42,399 nt of DNA from an uncultured Bacillales bacterium (lineage in GTDB: Bacteria > Bacillota_I > Bacilli_A > RFN20 > CAG-826), in NCBI GenBank assembly GCA_946404585.1, contig CAMJEC010000001.1:1-42399 (forward strand). The letters run 5' to 3'. Every line of letters starts with the position of its first letter. Position 1 is the first letter of the stretch. The position numbers and the translations under genes are program-made. This document shows positions 38,001 through 42,399 of this stretch, piece after piece. The notes beneath the pieces were generated by a model, which searched no databases, was not told the DNA's origin, and worked only from the letters and a program-made list of their open reading frames with translations.

Positions 38001-38806
38001 ATGCTTTCTTCACGTTCGACATAAGCATGTTTATTTCTAATACCAGTCAATTGGTCTTGATACGCTAACTCTTTTGTGGTCGCTAATTCTTGACTCTTCT
38101 CTTTCACTCTTTGCGAAGCAGCGCTTATCGAACGCTGATAGCTTTGTGATTCAGTATTAACAATAAACATGTGAATAAGAACCATAGATAATAAGTGACC
38201 AAGTGAATATAAAGGAAGGTTTGGATAAAAGATTTGTAAGACACTTAAACCCGCCATGATTAGACCGACAAGGCCAATAGTTAAATATCTCATCTTACGA
38301 TAGTTCTTATTAGTGAGAGTACGAACAAAGGCAATTATAGAAGCAATGAGATACATTGCCATTTGCGCGGTGAAATAACCATATCGACCAGCCTTAGGTG
38401 CATATTCGCCACTACTATAGCTAAATAAGATTGGATTAAAGATATTAATAATGACCAAAGTCACACCTGCGATTAAGAAAATAAGGGCAAAGACTAAAGT
38501 AATATTGCTCGTTAGTTTCTTTTCTTCTAAATATTTAGCGGCAAATCTTAACCAAGCAGAAACACCAAAAGCCATCGACACGAAGAAGATGGTTGTATCA
38601 ATCATTGCTGGAACTTTATTTGATAAGGAGTCTAATACGCCCCATAAGATGTCCGCGGTAAATAAGATAAATTGGCAAATAATCACTATCTTATAAGCGC
38701 GAAAAATATCACTATTCATTACGCGATATTTTTTGCTCATAAAAACATCCCAGTTAATTATTGCACCGATAATAACCGCGACAATTGGTATTAATGAGTA
38801 TGCCAT
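35012..38806 (-). CDS. Multidomain c-di-GMP protein (1264 aa): 6-7 TM, GGDEF (intact), PAS-like, degenerate GGDEF, EAL (intact), two C-terminal PAS-like modules
   Basis: The first GGDEF domain is intact: RIGGDEF at aa 326-332, with FDLNDLKLINDTFGHEQGD. HPDD...FRYKLQDGAYRYV is a PAS-like signature. The second domain has GQDDF (aa 656-660) in place of GGDEF. EAL motifs: EALARW, EITES, DDFGSGYSS, IKLD, EGVETKKQ, QGY. About 260 aa follow the EAL domain. Confidence 0.9.
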   Translation of the reverse strand: MAYSLIPIVAVIIGAIINWDVFMSKKYRVMNSDIFRAYKIVIICQFILFTADILWGVLDSLSNKVPAMIDTTIFFVSMAFGVSAWLRFAAKYLEEKKLTSNITLVFALIFLIAGVTLVIINIFNPILFSYSSGEYAPKAGRYGYFTAQMAMYLIASIIAFVRTLTNKNYRKMRYLTIGLVGLIMAGLSVLQIFYPNLPLYSLGHLLSMVLIHMFIVNTESQSYQRSISAASQRVKEKSQELATTKELAYQDQLTGIRNKHAYVEREESIDASLHDKSSGNLCLFIFDLNDLKLINDTFGHEQGDEYIIKSVKIIKQVFKNQIIYRIGGDEFATFVDGPDFNNRYYLLEQFNKIVESNIGKNEPIIAVGFADYVPEKDNSLRSIFTRADERMYARKKVLKEMAAQENEDQKDSAVSDSVSRQEYYEIFYRHGKLSLINFLNSSPCDEIVEIDVVNDTYKIFYHVEGKYFVPNVDISYKELLEFTAKHIVHPDDAGDYLALMKIDGFFERLANAKIPNFDFAHFRYKLQDGAYRYVEQCVIAGEENGIPPGMFRIYIFDIHNMMIRRMGIASDDSNVISHVRDKTTGLLNSKDFFVKAEQIVKDNQKKQWCVLFLDIEHFKFFDEWYGREQGDYLLAKIGAELSESELVHNGAAGYFGQDDFVILAEFDKDKIKALYENIHHHIASFGLTAGFLPAIGVALLEKDMILVDAIDRASIAASKAKGDIRNRIIYYNSDMQFLAEHEYRILSDFMSALQNDEITFYLQPQCRAKTGKIVGAEALARWIKKDGTQIPPAVFIPVLEKYNFITDLDQYIWEKVCKSLKHWLDSGHIAVPVSINVSRIDIYNFDIATYIRDLADKYEIPHRLIKVEITESAYAETVNIIEDIVSRLRKDGFEVLMDDFGSGYSSLNMLSTIKLDAIKLDSEFLRLEGADYERGIRIIESVVNMAKTMTLPIIVEGVETKKQCEFLMELGCRYIQGYYFYKPLSREDFEKVVKQKDMIDERGFVVKPNEQLRIREFLDKNIYSDSMLNNIIGAVAFYSWVKEHVDIVRYNQQFYQAVDVPDFAERLVNIELFAPEEDRPIMFAALQEAMDNRLSGSIATIRFHRSDGGLMSFRIHFYYLGQKEGRELFYGAAYNDSELANLKEVKDLITEYSTDNMILVSVINKKFRFNVISHTVSDLLGITPSELEKELNDSSFIKRCVNPKEMAEINKEALKLAGKHKEFNKIVTVYDKDNNKVKINVEFLCVADDADNVAYILKAQPIEK

Positions 38807-38830
38807 ATATCCAATTCAATGATAGCGCAG

Positions 38831-38853
38831 TAAAAAACGCATAGCAAATGCGC
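38831..38853 (-). terminator. Intrinsic terminator after the TfoX-N gene
   Basis: Minus strand reads GCGCATttgctATGCGTtttttt. Confidence 0.6.
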
Positions 38854-38926
38854 TCACGGGCGTTTTAAAGCATTATTTTATATTTTGTTTAGAATGTATC
38901 TAGTTAGTTGTTTATTGAAAAAATTT

Positions 38927-39217
38927 TTATTTTTTTAAATCACTAACCGCTTTTGAAACCATCTCTTTAATTTCATCAGGATCTTCTGAATCGATTAATA
39001 ACATTGGCTTAGCGGTTGGATAAGGAATTTGTTCTTTTAAGTTATATTCTTTTAATGATGGAACATTCTTAATAAGGAATCTATTATCATAGACACCACC
39101 AAAGAGGATGCCATCTTTATAAAGCATAAATTCACCCATCATTTTCTTATAGGTAATGCCTCTAGTTTCTCTTAATAGTTCTAAGACAAATTGTAGATAA
39201 TCGTTATTACTAGCCAT
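38927..39217 (-). CDS. TfoX N-terminal domain protein
   Basis: YLQFVLELL...KKMMGEFMLYKDGILFGGVYDNRFLIK matches the TfoX_N pattern (MFGG..lY..G..F). ATG at 39217; the listed ORF starts at a GTG at 39223. Confidence 0.75.
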   Translation of the reverse strand: MASNNDYLQFVLELLRETRGITYKKMMGEFMLYKDGILFGGVYDNRFLIKNVPSLKEYNLKEQIPYPTAKPMLLIDSEDPDEIKEMVSKAVSDLKK

Positions 39218-39256
39218 AGTCACTTCTTGATAAACAATTATTACATAATTATTTTA

Positions 39257-40258
39257 TTAAGATAAGTATTTATTAATCTCTTCTTCGGATGGTAAATAAT
39301 CTCTTATCTCATAAGAAGCAACACCGATTGGAGCAAGACTTGATTTTAGTGACCAGTCAACCGAGTATTTGTCCTTGTTCTTGCAAAGGAGTAACCCTAT
39401 CGTTGGATTATCATTTTCTTGTTTTATTGTTTCATCAATTGCGGTCACATAAAACTGCAATTGGCCAATGAAAGATGGATCAAAATCAGCGTTTTTAAGT
39501 TCCACTACGACAAATGACCTCAGTTTTAGATGATAAAAAAGTAAATCTATAAAGTAATCTTTTGTTTCGGTGCTGATACGATATTGATTGCCTACAAAAG
39601 AAAACCCTTTACCAAGCTCTAATATCACTGTTTTTATTTTTTCAATCATAGCCTTTTCTATATTGATTTCATGTGCTTTGTTATTAAGTCCATTAATCTC
39701 AAAAATGTATGGATCTTTTATAACATCAAGGGCCAATTCACCTTGGTATGATGGCAGTTGTCTTTCAAAATTTGTGAGTTTTAAAGTTTTATCTGCTTGT
39801 CGTTCGTATAATCTCAAATCGATTTGATGGGTGAGAACCACATAGCTCCATCCATTTTCAAAACATTTCTCTGCATACCAAATTCTTTTATCGAAATCGC
39901 ATACTTTGTCTATTAATAGACAATTGAACGACCAGGGCAATTTTGCCAATGCCGTTGGCAAATTTGAAAAGTTGCCATATGTCTCATAAAACTTTTTCAT
40001 TCTAGCAAGGTTTCTTGGAGAAAAACCAGTTGCATTTGGGAAATCTATTTTCAAAGAAGTGGATAAAGAATTAATAAAGTTTGAACCATACTTTTGGTTT
40101 TCGCTTATTATCTTTCCAATACGAAAATATAGGAATATTAATTCCTGATTGGATTCACTCAAAATCCTGTTCCTTGTTGACACAATATCTTGTTTAATCT
40201 GTTTAATGAGCAAAATCATTTCTTTTGTTTCAATGCTATTTGTTTCATCCTCTTTCAT
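39257..40258 (-). CDS. YhcG/DUF1016-family PDDEXK nuclease
   Basis: N-terminal ELIFLYFRIGKII...GFSPRNLARMKKFYETY and C-terminal DLLFYHLKLRSFVVVELK (PD-(D/E)xK core). The ATG at 40258 lies 8 nt after GAGGAG. Confidence 0.85.
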   Translation of the reverse strand: MKEDETNSIETKEMILLIKQIKQDIVSTRNRILSESNQELIFLYFRIGKIISENQKYGSNFINSLSTSLKIDFPNATGFSPRNLARMKKFYETYGNFSNLPTALAKLPWSFNCLLIDKVCDFDKRIWYAEKCFENGWSYVVLTHQIDLRLYERQADKTLKLTNFERQLPSYQGELALDVIKDPYIFEINGLNNKAHEINIEKAMIEKIKTVILELGKGFSFVGNQYRISTETKDYFIDLLFYHLKLRSFVVVELKNADFDPSFIGQLQFYVTAIDETIKQENDNPTIGLLLCKNKDKYSVDWSLKSSLAPIGVASYEIRDYLPSEEEINKYLS

Positions 40259-40330
40259 AAATAAACTCCTCTCGCAACATAGAGAAATAGTCATAATATT
40301 ATTTGACTCTTCTTCGAAGAGACAAATTAA

Positions 40331-40351
40331 TAAAAAACCCTATTTCTAGGG
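40331..40351 (-). terminator. Small intrinsic terminator upstream of yhcG-like gene
   Basis: Minus strand reads CCCTAgaaaTAGGGttttttatt (5-bp stem, GAAA loop). Confidence 0.5.
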
Positions 40352-40615
40352 TAAGATAAAATGTCTCTCAAATGTGCGTTCAGTCCATAAAGACTTTATA
40401 GAAATATAATAGCATTCGTCGCATATTTTTTAAATGTTTTATAAATAAAAGACATCTCGATTTCTCTAAATGTCATTTTATTCTAATGGGTCTATTGCAC
40501 CATTTTGATGCAGAGTGAAAATAGTTCCCCACGCAGCTGAGAACGCTTTGTTGCTCTCGTTTGTGGAAATCGAGGCGTTTGGGCTTTTGTCTTCTTTAGT
40601 AAAAAGAATGAATCT

Positions 40616-42151
40616 CTAGAACAAATCTGAAAAATCTTTATCACTAGTGATTGTATATAAATGACCACTACTGCTAGTGACTTCGAAGAATATTTTAGAA
40701 GAGACAATATAGTATTTATAGTCATCAATCACAAAATAATACTTTGCTTTTGGTGCCGAATTCTTATCTAAAGATCCCTCGGTAAAGACTAAATCACTGA
40801 GATAATTAATCGTCTTGTCCGTTTGTGCGTTATTAGAAGCATCATAAACAGCGGCATTCATAGTGTTTGATGGAAAAGCATAATACTTTTCGTAATCTTC
40901 TGTATATTCCAAATTAAAACTAGATCTTAATCTATACCATTTATCATTTACTTGGACAAATTGGGAATTGATTTTATAAGAAAATACTTGTTCATCAGTG
41001 TAGAAGTAATAATCTTCGCAAACTTGGATGCTTTGGGTTAAAAAGCCAAAGTCTTCAGGTAATACTTCAAAGACCCATGTATTGAAATAATCTAATGCTT
41101 GAGATAATTCTTTTTGATTACGATACACATTAATGCTACGGCCATGAGAAGGCATTATATTTAAAGTAAGTTCAGTTTGAATCTTAAGCATGTTTAAGTT
41201 GCTTAAGTTCACATCTTTAGACCAAGGAACAATATCTCCTAAGTTGAGATATGAGGTTCTTTTTTCTTTATTGAAAATAAATGTTTTAGTGATATTTGAA
41301 ACGGTAATATGTGTGATGTAATTATTGTCTTGATTACTAAGGAAGGAAAAGCTATATCTTTGTGTTTTACCTATTTTAGTCGCGGAATTAACAGAAAATT
41401 TATCCCCCGCCATTGCAAAAGAAACTGGAATATTTTCATCACCATAGTCAACGTTAGAATGAATATCGATTTCAAACAAATACAATGAATAATCATCAAC
41501 GTTAACGTGATATCCATCTTTTTGTTTTTTAATAGTTACTGGTGTATGTTTTGGATCAGCGAGAGTGATTGTCACATCAAAATCAGTGATGTCGTAGTTC
41601 TTATTCCAGTCAATATAGACACCTTTATCTTCACTAAAGGATAGTTTTCCTTCGTTAATTGTTTCATCATCAAAATAAGTTTTTACTTGCCTAACAAATA
41701 AATCGTTATCTTTAAGATCTAAAAAATATGAGAAATGTAGTCTTTCCCAGTGTCTATATATTTCTTTATTATTGTGCAAGTCATAAATGGAAATATACCA
41801 ATAAGTAACACCACTGCCATCACTTTTGACAGTGCAAAAATCACGATATCCATCATTATTAGCGTCAAAAACATAGACAGCATCACAGTTATTCACGACA
41901 GTACCATATGTATCATTGATAATGGCGTCTAATTTATTGCTTATATGGAAAGTTTGATCTTCAAATTCTTCAAGAACAAAAGTGTGTTCCTCAGGATATC
42001 CATCATCAAGATAAACATCATACACTTTAAAAGATTCTGGCTTAATGTAATTTGAACTTTTAGAAGTTTGACTATCAGATGGACTAATAGTGTTAGAACA
42101 TCCACATAGAATAGTAAGAAGTAATGTATTAGTTATTAATTTATGTTTCAT
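40616..42151 (-). CDS. Lipoprotein (511 aa)
   Basis: MKHKLITNTLLLTILCGC-S lipobox. No family recognised. Confidence 0.8.
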   Translation of the reverse strand: MKHKLITNTLLLTILCGCSNTISPSDSQTSKSSNYIKPESFKVYDVYLDDGYPEEHTFVLEEFEDQTFHISNKLDAIINDTYGTVVNNCDAVYVFDANNDGYRDFCTVKSDGSGVTYWYISIYDLHNNKEIYRHWERLHFSYFLDLKDNDLFVRQVKTYFDDETINEGKLSFSEDKGVYIDWNKNYDITDFDVTITLADPKHTPVTIKKQKDGYHVNVDDYSLYLFEIDIHSNVDYGDENIPVSFAMAGDKFSVNSATKIGKTQRYSFSFLSNQDNNYITHITVSNITKTFIFNKEKRTSYLNLGDIVPWSKDVNLSNLNMLKIQTELTLNIMPSHGRSINVYRNQKELSQALDYFNTWVFEVLPEDFGFLTQSIQVCEDYYFYTDEQVFSYKINSQFVQVNDKWYRLRSSFNLEYTEDYEKYYAFPSNTMNAAVYDASNNAQTDKTINYLSDLVFTEGSLDKNSAPKAKYYFVIDDYKYYIVSSKIFFEVTSSSGHLYTITSDKDFSDLF

Positions 42152-42399
42152 ATCTCTAGTAACACGAATATTTTAAAACTAAAACTAATAAAAAGGTAGA
42201 TAATATCAACTTACCTAATTAGCTATAATTATCAAAATTAGAAATTCTCACATTAAAATCGTTAAATCTTATTTTTCCAATGAGTTTGATGAAACATTTT
42301 GGTAAATACGCATTTTTAATCAATCAATATCAAAAGCCCCTAAAACGGGGTAAAATTATGATTTTTAAGTACTATTATTAGACTCTTTGGAATGTATTC

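Noticed and set aside
40492-40728. 78-aa ORF spanning the GC-rich spacer and the 3' end of the lipoprotein gene.
   Set aside because: It overlaps the lipoprotein CDS by more than 100 nt in another frame. It has no SD, and its basic low-complexity sequence looks non-coding. The region is reported instead as a possible RNA or relic.
42320-42350. Hairpin CCCCtaaaacGGGG near the right edge, considered as a terminator.
   Set aside because: The stem is only 4-5 bp, there is no clear U-run, and the adjacent gene context is outside the window.
1-42399. Mycoplasma-type code (TGA=Trp), prophage, CRISPR-Cas, restriction-modification or toxin-antitoxin modules.
   Set aside because: TGA functions as a stop (17868-17870), and ORFs are complete under the standard code. 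No phage structural, integrase, cas, methyltransferase or small paired TA-like genes were seen. The only mobile element is the IS at 20162-21393.

Overview
AT-rich bacterial chromosomal segment read with the standard genetic code. TGG encodes Trp, and a TGA stop sits in an ATGA stop/start overlap at 17868-17871. The many lipobox lipoproteins with Ser-rich linkers, the tight gene packing and the leaderless or weak-SD starts suggest an Acholeplasma-like mollicute or a related low-GC Bacillota; this is inference only.

Layout:
- 1-12186 (mostly minus strand): a six-gene array with spacers of 9 nt or less, in the order giant 2094-aa membrane protein, YigZ, Mrp/ApbC, Xaa-Pro aminopeptidase, GlpK, orphan 377-aa protein. 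A truncated uridine-kinase-family gene lies at the left edge.
- 12276-14405 (plus strand): Zn-ribbon-CPBP protease, TraX, thioredoxin, tRNA-Gly(UCC).
- 14441-20128: SHOCT protein, leaderless rdgB, an orphan Zn-ribbon membrane protein, MtaD-like deaminase, PlsC-like acyltransferase, and a Tyr T-box leader with tyrS.
- 20162-21393: an intact-looking IS3-family element inserted exactly in the loop of the tyrS intrinsic terminator.
- 21474-27089: lipoprotein, acyl-ACP thioesterase, HI0933-like flavoprotein, then a four-gene unit (YxjI/LURP-like protein, 6 x 16-aa YCG-repeat protein, nucleobase deaminase, NCS2 permease).
- 27171-38806 (all minus strand): two large GGDEF/EAL signalling proteins bracketing four envelope genes.
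- 38927-42151: TfoX-N, YhcG/DUF1016 PDDEXK nuclease, an unexplained GC-rich intergenic island, and a lipoprotein.

No rRNA, CRISPR array or recognisable defence operon was found. The best candidates for something undescribed are the c-di-GMP-bracketed envelope cluster, the CvpA-like-anchored giant protein, and the YxjI-like plus YCG-repeat pair.
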